DNA of 63,382 bases from Chlorokybus atmophyticus (lineage: Eukaryota > Plantae > Mesostigma and Chlorokybus algae). This document shows, one piece after another, positions 9,540-20,432 of the stretch. The stretch spans positions 469,053 through 532,434 of the forward strand of contig RHPI01001168.1 of the NCBI GenBank assembly GCA_009103225.1, read 5' to 3'. The notes under the pieces were generated by a model. It was not told where the DNA came from and did not search any database. It saw only the letters and a program-made list of their open reading frames with translations. Position numbers and translations under genes: made by a program. Position 1 is the stretch's first letter. Each line of letters starts with the position of its first letter.

Positions 9540-12330
9540 TTATGGATTCTTTGATTTATTTGCCACAGTCTTCTCATGTGCTATAATGCAGACATGGCAC
9601 AACGCTTTCTTGCAACAGGGCGTCTCCCTATCCGCTGGCGGGGGTGGCTCTGCAATGCGACAAATCAGTACGCATGGTGCACGCGGGTGTGCAAGCTGCC
9701 TCTGCCACCAAACTCTGTTATCGCGTTGCAGGCGTAGCAACTCCCATCTGAATGGCGCAGCATAACGCTCCACTGCCTGCTCGATCACCTGACTACGCCC
9801 ATCTGCCGTCATGCACCACCTGCTGGGGCCTTAGTGCTCTCGTTCAGCATGCATTCATCCAGGCCCTCGACATGGCTGTCGTCACTCGTGTACTCCCCCG
9901 CATCGCCATTTTCTTCGAGCTTCCACAGAATCAGCTCGACGTGCCGTATGACATACAGCCACTGCCAGCCAAAGCATGCAAAGTATAGCTCAAATGTTTT
10001 TACTTGCCGCCCAGTATGTTTGCTCAGATAGTGGCACACATCTCGACCCACATCGATTGACATCGACAGGTACATCTGCTGCAGCAGGTCGAAGTTCTGC
10101 TCCGCGGATAGCTCTTGCACATTGCCGGGTTGCTGCGGCAACAACAACACCATCATATCGAGGACGGCGAGGGGCAACAACATACTACGGATGGCCATAT
10201 CGAGTTTGGGTTCCAACCATGGCCAATCCTAAGAGGTCTGTTTAGACCGCACTTTCCGCGTTTGCTCCCACTTATTGCATACTTTCGTCACCCACCTTGA
10301 GGCATGCCGCATGCGGTGATGCAGCGCATCTTGGGCGTATTGTAGGGCGATCAACTCCTTTGCACTACGAGTCAGCCCCTCAAAGCGTCTGCGCGTCGGT
10401 GCTTTGAGCTTAAGCAGCTCGTGCCGCACCGGCTGTCTCTCTTGACGATGCAGAGCAGCCACTTGACGCTGTAAACCCGCCTGTGCCTACTCAGGACACA
10501 CAGTCAGCCCCAATGAGGCTTCAAGGCGCTTCTTCTAACGTTTTAACGATGCCTCACCTTTCCTATTTTGGTCCTGTCAGCGTCCCTTGTTCCGATACCC
10601 CTTCTTCTTTGTTTTTTTTGTCAACCTGCACATTGTGACAGGCGCTCTCCGTAGCACTGTCACTCAGAGGAGGTAAGGAGTTATCTTGCTGCACAGCCTT
10701 GCGCTTGTTGGTTGCCTCCCGTTTCCCCACGACCTCATGCTGCTTCATGAGGTCGAGCATGAAGCCTTTGTCTTTCAGCGCAGCTTTCAGGACACCTCGA
10801 TCAATCTCTTTACCAACAAGACAGGCTGGAATCAATGTGGCAAGCTTAGAGGGAGAGGGCGAGCTACCGCTGCTTCTTGATGGAGATGCTTCCGGATGGT
10901 TAGAGTGCGGTGGCATGAGTCTCCGCAGCAGGAAGGGAGGGTGCTCAATTGTTATTGCGAGCATGTGGCTGTGGTTGAGGGGAGGCAGGATGTGCAGCAC
11001 ACTCAGCTACTTCTTGCCTAGCATACAAAGGCGAGGCCTGAGGCGTTGGCGCAGCACTCTGGGTTACAGCCGGTGGTAGCGGGGAATTGGCAACGCCATT
11101 CCGCCACTCTCCGATCAAGTCTGTTACCTCCGGTGGCACTTCATGCATAGGCCACGACCATTGTTCGGTGCTTGCAGGCTTGAGGAGCCAAAAGTGTGCT
11201 TTTGGCTCGTCATGAGCAGTATTGCCCACCACCAGAACTGAGTTGGGAGCTACTTTATTTCCAACCCAAACTGCGCTGCCGGGCCGTGGCACCCACTCCC
11301 CATGCTCGCGCTGAACGGTCACACAGACAATCAGCAAACTCAGCTTGTTGGCAAACATGGTCGTCTGTAGGTGCTCGACATACACATCTTTTCTCCGCAC
11401 GATCTGTCGCACCTTAGCCATGGCTATGTCAATGTTGCAATTGACATCAGCCAACATGGTCGCAGGCAGTTTGTCGTAATACTGCGCAATCTCTCCCGCG
11501 GCACCAGTGGCTCTGCAGAAGTCTAGGATTCTGCTCGCCACGCTTGCATCGACAGCCTTGGCGGTGATTTTGCGGAGAGTGTCCCTCCTGCCGTCGTCGC
11601 TCATGGTGTCCAGCATGGCCCAAAATCTGGGGCACTTGTGATCGAGCTGGGGCACTTGTGATCATCCAGGACACTTTGCGCTATGGATGGCCTGGCGCGA
11701 AACACACAATGGTAGAAGCAATAACCATCTGTTGGCGCATTGAAGTGGTCCCATGAGGCGAGCTGGCCACCTAGCATGACTGATGGCCGTATGCGGGTTG
11801 CGGCCAGCTCATCTGATGACTCGCTGACAGGTGGTGACCCCTGCTGCATGCGCATACAGCACTTAAATGGTGTGTCCAACTGTGGACGGCAAGAGTCACA
11901 GTGACTGACAAAGTACCTGAGTTTGGGGCAGACTGCCGGCTTCAACTTGCAGCGGGTGGGGTAAGGTAGGTGCAGAAGCCACATCGGTTGTTGCATTGTG
12001 CTGTGGTCTCGCCGGTTGCGGCAAGAAGGATTGTTGCCCCGCAATCACCGGTGCTGCTCGTGGAGGAGATGGCAGTGCATGAAGGCCTGGTGCCGCGGAA
12101 GGTGGTTGCGCTCTGGCTGCGAGGGGAGCATGAGCGGCAGGTGAGACCACTTGCATGCAGCAAGGGGGGCTGTATACATGACTCTGGATAAGATGGCTTG
12201 CAATGTTGCAGAGGACGAATATAAGCTTATGCAGTGCCTGACGCATTGTTACCAAGGCACAAGCGTAAAAAACAGCGACTTACCTCAATGGCCCATCGGC
12301 TGCATGGAACAGGGGAAGCTATGGGGGCTG
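9540..12330 (-). pseudogene. degenerate multi-exon gene containing an OTU-family cysteine protease (deubiquitinase-like) domain
   Basis: HFNAPTDGYCFYHCVFRA (OTU Cys box D-x-x-C) joins ORF 10945-11655 once a 20-bp insertion at 11627-11663 is removed. It continues ...YVEHLQTTMFANKLSLLIVCV...AHFWLLKP (His box). The flanking exons are low-complexity or Cys-rich, and gene limits are approximate. Confidence 0.6.
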
Positions 12331-12916
12331 ACAAGGTGGTATTGGGTGCACTCTCCCCGCCACCCTCGCAGACTCGTCACGGAGCTCGTGAGCCATGGGC
12401 ACATCATGCGCCACTGCCCCAATGGACATGTTGGGATTCAACAGATCAACATGCATGTTAAACTGATGCCGCATTGCCGCCGCGCCCATCAGCAAGTGGG
12501 ATTGAAGGACTAGTTGATGGGATTGAATCCAGGCTTGCATAGGAGCTCCAACAGGACCTAGTGCACTGTGGTGCTGTCAACCAATCACATGTGGGTTAGC
12601 TGCATGCTTGCGACACTGCAATTGCAATAGTCAACTGCGTCACATCGTCATCAGTTGGTTGCTTCAAACAGTCACCTGCGGCATTACTGGTTAATGCACA
12701 AATGATTGCATGGACTGCATCATTGCTGGTTGATGCACTATCGGTTGAATGCCGGACAAATGGTCACGCGCTCATGTGCTGAAACCCAGCCTACTTCGTT
12801 CGGCACGCGCGCGCGACTTCGCACGTTCACGCACATCCTAGCATGCAAAGGTAGGCATGCATTGAAGGTGCATGCAGTCAACATGCACAGCGAGATTGGC
12901 AACAGCATACCGCCGC

Positions 12917-13480
12917 TCAGCTCTGCCTATCTGCTCTGTCGGCTTGACTGTAGGGTGGGTATGGGTAAATAGTGGAGGCCTGCAGCCACGCTACATGTAT
13001 CACATGGACTGCGCTAAACAACAAGTTGCGCTTGCAAGGAAATGCATGTGACTGTTGAGCGTACCTCTGCATTCCTTGTGCTTGTTGCCACAGTCGCAAT
13101 TGGTCCCGCATGGTTGACAATGGGCTCCAAGAACTGCAGCTCTTAATCCACTCCCTGTTGCAGATAGCGAGCCACCAAGCAGCTCTGTGTGTGAAGATGG
13201 TTCTTAATGGCTTGCCTGCTGGTTTGTTAAATGTTGGTGATGCCTGTTGGACAGCCCCATTGCTGACGTTTGCCATGATCCATGACGTGGCGCCCGATAG
13301 TTGCTGGCTTCGCTGCTTGAACTCTTACGACCACAACTTCTTGTGCCACGCCGCCACCGCCGCCGCCTCCTCCGACTCCTGGTCCTCCGCCTCTCAGTCG
13401 GACCCAGGTCCACTATGCCTGACATTCGACCCGTCATCGACATGGTGCCCCTGCGTGCCATCATCCGGCCATCAACGAAG
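12917..13480 (-). pseudogene. degenerate ORF, possibly the 5' part of the OTU gene
   Basis: One frame reads protein-like (EAEDQESEEAAAVAAWHKKLWS*EFKQRSQQLSGATSWIMANV...) but is interrupted by TGA/TAA stops. Confidence 0.3.
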
Positions 13481-13661
13481 CGTGTTTGGGTGAGTGCACG
13501 CTAACTCCCATTAGGGCTGATTGAGCAATGCCTCTGTCGAACCATGGATGGTACGACAGAGGCATTGTACGGCAATGGCTGGGGTGGACGAGAGATGCCT
13601 TTGTCGTACCATAAATGTTACGACACAACCATTGTTACCAATGGTTGTATGAAGCATGGAT

Positions 13662-14079
13662 TGTTGAAGAACTAGCATGCACATGTAGTTGAGGCAAGCA
13701 TGGATACACACGGACAGAGCTACCGCCACCAGAGCATACACAAGTCACATCACATTCATCTATTACAAGTTGTCCGCTGGTTCTTATACCAGCCAGTTAC
13801 ACACACGTCTACGTTTGCAAGCACTGCGTACGCTATACTCAGCCTTTTGACGCGCTCTAAGTTGTGTTGTCTTCCTTACAACCAGAGCTTTCCAACAAGC
13901 TCTTACACGCCTCATATAAGTAAGTATACGCGGAGATACCAAGCAGTTAGTAAGGCTCCAGTCTGGAGTCTGGTCCGACGATGCCATCTTGCTAAGTCCG
14001 GACCTAGTGCTCGTCCTTACGACCTTCTACTCCTGTGTGGAGGGTCGATGCTGATCGTATGTAGGAATGACTCTCAACA
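13662..14079 (-). repeat. copia 3' LTR
   Basis: TGTTGAAG...CTCTCAACA; I see two substitutions relative to the other LTR. Confidence 0.97.
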
Positions 14080-14121
14080 CTCCCACGCAAGCAGCTTGAC
14101 CTCCGACGCTTGCTCCTGTAG

Positions 14122-17118
14122 TCAAACACAGATGCCAAGTCCTGCACAATAAGTCTTGAACTGAAGTGGTGACAATGGCTTTGTCATGAAGTCTGCCAGC
14201 ATGCGTTCGGTGTTGCAGTACCGGAACTCCACCTCCTTTCTTGTGACTCTGTCACGCACAAAGTGATGCATGACATCAATGTGCTTTGTCCTTGCCGAAG
14301 CGATAGGATGCTTCAACAACTTGATGGCTCCTTGGTTGTCACAGTTGATGACGATGCACGCCATGGGGTGCTCCAAGTCTGCCATGAGCTTGCGAAGCCA
14401 GAGTGCCTCCTTCACTGCTGCTGCCGCTGCCATGTACTCAGCCTCTGATGTAGATGCTGCTGTTGTTGGCTGCAGCCTGCTGTTCCAGCTCACCACGCCT
14501 CCGTTCAGCTTGAAGACGTAGCCTGTAGTGGACCTCCTGCTGTTGAGGTCACCAGCAAAGTCCGAGTCGCAGTAGCCCTCCAACTCAGTGCTCCCGCTCC
14601 CAAACTTGATGCCAACTGTTGCGCTCCCAGCAACATAGCGTAGTACTCCCTTTGCTGCTCTCCAGTGCTCCATGCTCGGTGCAGACATGTAGCGAGCAAG
14701 TAATCCCACAGCATGTGCAACATCGGGACGTGTGCACACTGCCAGATAGAGCATGCTGCCTACCAGCTCACCATATGGATACTGAGCCTTGTCGAGTACC
14801 TCCTCATCCTTTGCCTTGATGAGGGCAGTGCCAAGTGCCAACGGTGTGGTCTTGGTCTTCGCTTCAGTGAGCCCAAACTTGATGACGAGTCTTCTCACCA
14901 TCTGCTCCTGACTGATCTTGATTTTGCGAGCAGCCCTGTCGCGCTCAATCACCATGCCAATGAACCACTTGGCCTCTTCAAGATCACGAACTGAGAATGC
15001 TTGCTGTAGAGCAAGTTTCGTCTCCTGCAGGTGGTGCACCTGCCTGGCGGTGATGATGATGTCATCAACATACACGAGCAGCCAGACCTTGTTGTCTGCA
15101 TGGATGAAGAGCCCAGGGTCTGCAGAGGATGCGGTGAAGCCAAGTGCCTCCAGCTCCTTGGTGAGCTTGATGTGCCACATACGCGGTGCCTGTCGCAGCC
15201 CGTACAGTGCCTTGATCAGCTTGCACGCTGTGCCTCTTTCCCCTTCTTCATATCCAGGTGGTTGCTCGATGAAGATCTCCTCCTCCAGCTCTCCGTAGAG
15301 AAAGGCAGTCTTCACATCGAGGTGATGCAGCTTGAGGTCCTCAGCGGCAATCACAGCTAGCAGTGCACGGAAGGTGGTATGCTTACTTGCAGGTGCAAAC
15401 ACTTCGTTGAAGTCCACACCTTCCTGCTGCAAGAAGCCCTTTGCCACCAGTCTTGCCTTGTAGCGCTCAATGTTGCCCTGACCATCACGCTTCACCTTGA
15501 AGACCCATTTCACTGGAATGGTCTTCACTCCTTGCGGTAACTGCTCCAGTGACCAAGTGTTGTTGGCATGGAGTGACGCAATCTCCTCGTCCATAGCACG
15601 CTGCCATTGCTCCGCATCTGGTGCTAACAATGCCTCCTCGTAGGTGCTTGGCTCCTCATTCTGCACACTGGCGACGTGTGCCTTGTGTAGGAAGTCAGGT
15701 GCCTTTCTCTCCCTCACTGGGTATCTCCGAGCTGCGTGCTCCTGCTGCAGGTGCGACTGCTTGTCTGCTACAGTGGAGTCCTGCTCACCCTTATCGTCGA
15801 TGATGGCCTTGCCTGTAGCCTCCACTGTTTCAGGATGCTCCGGCTGTGCTTCATCTTCAGGAAAGAAGCCTGCTTCTGGTTGTGATAATCCCTCGTGGAA
15901 AACCACCTCTCTGCTCACGATGATCTTCTGAGTGTCCTCGAGCAAGATCCTGTAAGCCTTGGAACCCGGTTCATAGCCAACGAAGATGCCCTTCTTGCTG
16001 ACCGGCTCCAGCTTGTGCCTGAGCTGTTTAGGCACTAGTGCATATGCCGTGCATCCAAACACACGCATACCACTCACATCTGGTGTGGCTCCATAGAAGT
16101 GCTCCCACGGAGTCTTCTGCTCTGAGCTCACCGGAGACCTGTTGCGGATGTAGTTGGCAGTGAGTACCGCCTCCTTCCACAGACTGTCTTCCATCTTTGT
16201 GTCATTGAGCATGGCTCGAACACGCTCCAAGAGTGTCCTGTTGAGGCGTTCAGCTGCTCCATTCTGCTGCGGGGTGTAGGGTGCTGTTGTCTCGCGGCGT
16301 ATGCCCTTGCTGGCGAAGAACTCCTTCAACTCCTTGTTGATGTACTCCCCTCCTCGATCACTCCTCATTGCCTTCATCTTGTTGCCAGACTGCGTCTCCA
16401 ACAAGGCCACAACTGTGCGCACAGCTCCAGCAACTTCTGACTTGAGCGTCGATGGAAAGATGATGGACAGCTTGCTGTAGTCGTCGAGGAATGTAGCAAA
16501 GTACCTGGCCCCTCCCTTCGCCACAATGCGCATAGGGCCACAGACATCCATGTGCACAAGCTCGCAAGGATGCTGACTGCTAGAAGAGGATGATGGGAAT
16601 GGCATAGCATGCTGCTTTGCAACCAGACATGGTTCACAAAGTGCACCTGATGCTGTCTTGAGTTCTTCTGTGCTGAGATGGATGCCCTTGACCATCTTCT
16701 CAGCGACAAGGCGAGTGAGGTTGACGTAGCTGAGATGCCCGAACCTTCGATGCCACAATGTTGGCGACTCCTTGTCCTTCACCATCATGGCTTGAATGTC
16801 TCTGTCTTGAGGCTGCTCCACGTGGTAGAGCCCTCCCGGATCAGCGATTCCAACCATGTGCACGACCCCATCAAGGATGACTGAGCAGCCACCCTTCCGA
16901 AATAGGATCTCCGCGCCTAAGCGCTCCGCAACCCTCACAGAGAATAGACTCGCAATAGCCTTAGGAACATGCAGGACGTTGCGTAACAACACCTCGCGTA
17001 GTGTGTTACCAACCTTGCACTGGAGTCGCACGTTGCCAACTCCCTCAGCCACCAGTACTTCACCACCGAAGCCCGCAACCTTGATTGTGGACGTCAGCTT
17101 CCTGTAGCCCTCCATCAC
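14122..17118 (-). CDS. pol: copia Pol (protease C-terminal part, GAG-pre-integrase, integrase, RT, RNase H)
   Basis: LWHRRFGH...CEPC zinc finger; VHMDVCGP...FLDDYSK...SDRGGEY...PQQNGAAER integrase; YKARLVAKG, LDVKTAFL and YVDD RT; YCDSDFAGD...SEAEY...CDNQGA...KHIDV RNase H. Confidence 0.97.
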   Translation of the reverse strand: MMEGYRKLTSTIKVAGFGGEVLVAEGVGNVRLQCKVGNTLREVLLRNVLHVPKAIASLFSVRVAERLGAEILFRKGGCSVILDGVVHMVGIADPGGLYHVEQPQDRDIQAMMVKDKESPTLWHRRFGHLSYVNLTRLVAEKMVKGIHLSTEELKTASGALCEPCLVAKQHAMPFPSSSSSSQHPCELVHMDVCGPMRIVAKGGARYFATFLDDYSKLSIIFPSTLKSEVAGAVRTVVALLETQSGNKMKAMRSDRGGEYINKELKEFFASKGIRRETTAPYTPQQNGAAERLNRTLLERVRAMLNDTKMEDSLWKEAVLTANYIRNRSPVSSEQKTPWEHFYGATPDVSGMRVFGCTAYALVPKQLRHKLEPVSKKGIFVGYEPGSKAYRILLEDTQKIIVSREVVFHEGLSQPEAGFFPEDEAQPEHPETVEATGKAIIDDKGEQDSTVADKQSHLQQEHAARRYPVRERKAPDFLHKAHVASVQNEEPSTYEEALLAPDAEQWQRAMDEEIASLHANNTWSLEQLPQGVKTIPVKWVFKVKRDGQGNIERYKARLVAKGFLQQEGVDFNEVFAPASKHTTFRALLAVIAAEDLKLHHLDVKTAFLYGELEEEIFIEQPPGYEEGERGTACKLIKALYGLRQAPRMWHIKLTKELEALGFTASSADPGLFIHADNKVWLLVYVDDIIITARQVHHLQETKLALQQAFSVRDLEEAKWFIGMVIERDRAARKIKISQEQMVRRLVIKFGLTEAKTKTTPLALGTALIKAKDEEVLDKAQYPYGELVGSMLYLAVCTRPDVAHAVGLLARYMSAPSMEHWRAAKGVLRYVAGSATVGIKFGSGSTELEGYCDSDFAGDLNSRRSTTGYVFKLNGGVVSWNSRLQPTTAASTSEAEYMAAAAAVKEALWLRKLMADLEHPMACIVINCDNQGAIKLLKHPIASARTKHIDVMHHFVRDRVTRKEVEFRYCNTERMLADFMTKPLSPLQFKTYCAGLGICV

Positions 17119-18038
17119 CTCCTTGTTTGGTGTGAGATGACGATCGCCGGATCGCAGCCAGAGTCCACCACCCAGAAAGCTGTGCCCGCCCTCGAACTGG
17201 ATGCAGTGAAGGTGACATGTTTCTCCTTGTGTTGGTGCTCGTTGCCGCTGTTGCTGGTGCTTGCTCTAGGTTGCCCCTGTTGTTTCTTCCTACAGTCCTT
17301 CACAATGTGCCCCTTCCAACCACACCAGTGGCATGTGAGGTCTTTGTGACGAGGATTGCCTGGCTTGTTGCCCTTGTACTTCTCTTCATGGTTGCTCTTC
17401 TTTGCGTGCTTGCCGGTGTAGAAGGCGACGGCATCCGCTTGCTCGTCCTTCTTCACAACCCTCTGCTCCACGGTGAGCAGCTTCGGTAGCACGTCGTCCA
17501 ACGTCAACTCCGATGATGACGTCTCCAGCAGGGTTGCGACGACCTCGTACTCTGCTGGTAGCCCTGCAACAATGGCCAGCACTACCTCCGTCTCCCCCAT
17601 GTTGTGGCCGACGTTGATGAGGTCCGCCCACAGCTCTCTCGCGCGCGCAACATACTTTGTGATGGGTTCTGCTGTCTCCTTTCTGAGTGCGCTGAGCTGC
17701 TTGCGTAGATGCAACTTTCTGGCATTGTTCTTGGCTCTGAAAACGGCTGATAGCTTTTCCCAAGCTTGTCTACCATCTTCACATGCAGTGAGCATGGGAA
17801 AGTGATGCGGTTTGCTGTTCAACACAAGCAAAGAGTGTGCTTCTGCTGAATGCTCTGACCACACAGTGTTCGCTCCTGGTGTTGGTGGTGGTGCCTTCGG
17901 ATCAACGTACTTCCACACCTTCTTGTGGATGAGCAAGGCCTTCATCTCCACGCACCATGTGTTGTAGTTGTCGGTGTCCAGCTTTGCAATCTGCCCCTTG
18001 TCGTAGGTCGCCTCCATCTTTGTCGTGCCTGCCTTCAC
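17115..18038 (-). CDS. gag: copia Gag plus protease active site, separated from pol by an 8-bp frameshifting insertion
   Basis: KLDTDNYNTW UBN2-type gag, CHWCGWKGHIVKDC zinc knuckle, WVVDSG protease motif. Confidence 0.95.
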   Translation of the reverse strand: MKAGTTKMEATYDKGQIAKLDTDNYNTWCVEMKALLIHKKVWKYVDPKAPPPTPGANTVWSEHSAEAHSLLVLNSKPHHFPMLTACEDGRQAWEKLSAVFRAKNNARKLHLRKQLSALRKETAEPITKYVARARELWADLINVGHNMGETEVVLAIVAGLPAEYEVVATLLETSSSELTLDDVLPKLLTVEQRVVKKDEQADAVAFYTGKHAKKSNHEEKYKGNKPGNPRHKDLTCHWCGWKGHIVKDCRKKQQGQPRASTSNSGNEHQHKEKHVTFTASSSRAGTAFWVVDSGCDPAIVISHQTRR

Positions 18039-18130
18039 TTGCAGCTGACACCCAAGGCTCTGCTACCTAACAAGCTACCGTAGTGTAAAACCACTATGCA
18101 CACGAGCTAGTCTCACACTCCTCAAGCGTA

Positions 18131-18146
18131 GTGTGGGCCCATAACC
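18131..18146 (-). promoter_or_regulatory. primer binding site (internal half-tRNA-iMet type)
   Basis: The minus strand reads GGTTATGGGCCC directly after the 5' LTR, the same PBS type as Drosophila copia and algal copia elements. Confidence 0.85.
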
Positions 18147-18564
18147 TGTTGAAGAACTAGCATGCACATGTAGTTGAGGCAAGCATGGATACACACGGAC
18201 AGAGCTACCGCCACCAGAGCATACACAAGTCACATCACATTCATCTATTACAAGTTGTCCGCTGGTTCTTATACCAGCCAGTTACACACACGTCTACGTT
18301 TGCAAGCACTGCGTAAGCTATACTCAGCCTTTTGACGCGCTCTAAGTTGTGTTGTCTTCCTTACAACCAGAGCTTTCCAACAAGCTCTTACACGCCTCAT
18401 ATGAGTAAGTATACGCGGAGATACCAAGCAGTTAGTAAGGCTCCAGTCTGGAGTCTGGTCCGACGATGCCATCTTGCTAAGTCCGGACCTAGTGCTCGTC
18501 CTTACGACCTTCTACTCCTGTGTGGAGGGTCGATGCTGATCGTATGTAGGAATGACTCTCAACA
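18147..18564 (-). repeat. copia 5' LTR
   Basis: Near-identical to 13662-14079. Confidence 0.97.
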
Positions 18565-18774
18565 TGGATGGCACGAATGCATGAGTCGTACCATCAACCA
18601 TACGAGCAAGGACGCACTACAAGTGCGACTCTAGTGCGGGACACTACGTTCAAAACCGCCTCATTTTCGTTCTCGCGCCTCGTATATTCGGGCGGGCCAA
18701 CCGGCGGCGGCGGCGGCGGAGGCGACAGCGCCATTATTAGCTAAACAGGCGGCACCCGACTATCAGTTAAAGAG

Positions 18775-20432
18775 ATGCATCGTGGTCCATCTGTAGATGC
18801 ACCTTGTCGTGGAGGTCGGTGCCAGTTGTCCATATTGCCCCCAGTGTTCAACCAGGCAACCGTCGCCAACCAATTGCAGCAAGACCCCGCGCTAACGCCC
18901 AGCACATCACAACAACTCCACCTAACACCGCAATTGCAAGGGCAAGCTAGACTGCATGCGTTTTTGATGCACTGTGCACGTTGCTTCTTGCTCAACTTCT
19001 AATTTGGATGCTTGCTTTTTCATGACTGGCACAGTGGCTCACTGCATGCGTTTTGGATACACTGTGCACGTCGTTCTTCTTTCTCAACTGTGAGGGTTGC
19101 ATCTTTCATGGCTGGCAGCATGACTCATGTGGTTGTGCTTGCAGAGGGTCGATTGGAATTCAACCCAAACGCATTTGGCCGTGACGTGGCAACCTCGGCC
19201 GTCAGCAACCCTTCCCCAAGCAAGTGAAAGATTGGCAACGAGGTAAGCACTGTGTGACACTGTGACACTGTGTGTATGTGTGTAACGGATTGTTCTTCTG
19301 TGGACAGCATTTGCGAGATGCCGTCGTTGAAATCATAAACGGCCACTGGGTAGAGAGCCACGTCTATCCCAAGGAGGACACTATTTGTAATGTCATGTGT
19401 CAGGTGCTGTGAATGCTTCATGACCTCACTGCACCGTGACACTGACCAACCTGCCCATGACAGGTAGTTGGCTTCAACCATGACGACGAGGCCGATGAGG
19501 CCAAGTTCTTTGAGGTGTACTGGACGCCTAAGGAATGCCCCTTCCACTGGAGTGTCGCCTTGAAGAAAGCTACGCAGGTCCGGTTTGAGAACGTTATTAA
19601 GATCAAGCATGTTCTTGAGAAGGAGTACAAGTGGACACTGTTTAATAGCAACAAGCGCAGGTGAGTTGTGTCCCTCACCACCATGTCTGCTATGTAACAC
19701 TGCTTTCTTACTCAGCCTCCATACACACGTACGCATCTCGCTTATCGTAATCGATTCAATCATGCACATCGACGCCCTAATGGACCCCAAGACCCACCCA
19801 AACCAGATGCGCAACGCGCTCCAAAGTAAGTCACAGGCACTATTCTAGCCTAGTGCAGGCTCACTTTGAACTATCCATATCATGACCAATGCCTTGTTGG
19901 TATGACTGTCGCAGACAAGTCATGGCGGAGATTTGAGGTGACCGACAATGCAGACGCGGAGCGGAAAAGATACATCCATAAATGGGGCAATTTGGCAAAT
20001 GATCGTGCAATGCTAGTCTTACGCCGTCACTACACCTGGTCGCCGGCAGCTGACAGTCAACCACCTTGCATACCTGTTGCTTACGGTGAGCACTTCAAAC
20101 TCAATCATTAGCACTTCATGAATGCTGTAACCCCAAACTATAGGCTTGCAGACGCGCTGCAGTGAATAGTGGCTTTCAATGCTATTAAGACATGCCTGTA
20201 AACTACGCAGGTGGAGCGCATTTTAAAGGGCAAGGATGGAGACCCTCTCTTGACTGCAAGCATTGACACACATGAAGAGTACCTCAGCGAAATCAACACC
20301 ATAATCATGTCAATGAAGCGGGTGATGAGGCAACGGTACGCAGACCTCCAGCCATTCACCCTTGTGAAACGCCGCACTGCATCTTGTGTCGAATACCTGA
20401 AGGATCCCAATCGGCGCCGGCCGCAAGTGTAA
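18775..20432 (+). CDS. multi-exon gene of unknown function, apparently open
   Basis: GT-AG-bounded open exons: HLRDAVVEIINGHWVESHVYPKEDTICNVMCQ, VVGFNHDDEADEAKFFEVYWTPKECPFHWSVALKK, DKSWRRFEVTDNADAERKRYIHKWGNLAND, VERILKGKDG...RRRPQV*. No recognised family; 5' exons uncertain. Confidence 0.55.

Larger units (their letters stand above)
13662..18564 (-). mobile_element. full-length Ty1/copia LTR retrotransposon
   Basis: 418-bp LTRs (13662-14079 and 18147-18564) with TG...CA ends; 5-bp TSD TGGAT (13657-13661 and 18565-18569); PBS GGTTATGGGCCC after the 5' LTR; purine-rich GCGTGGGAG before the 3' LTR; domain order gag-PR-INT-RT-RH. Confidence 0.98.

Noticed and set aside
7238-13480. endogenous giant virus or bacterial contamination as the source of the MTase/OTU cluster
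   Set aside because: No capsid, packaging ATPase, polymerase or other viral hallmark gene is visible, and the genes have spliceosomal introns next to a transposase. It cannot be fully excluded without searches.
14263-16884. plus-strand ORFs inside the copia
   Set aside because: They are antisense shadows of the pol frame.
17115-17160. programmed gag-pol ribosomal frameshift
   Set aside because: No slippery sequence; a duplicated 6-mer explains the shift, and copia elements normally have a single ORF.
18617-18655. CACTACAAG...TAGTG and CACTACGTTCAAAA as CACTA termini
   Set aside because: I found no matching inverted terminus or 3-bp TSD in the window.
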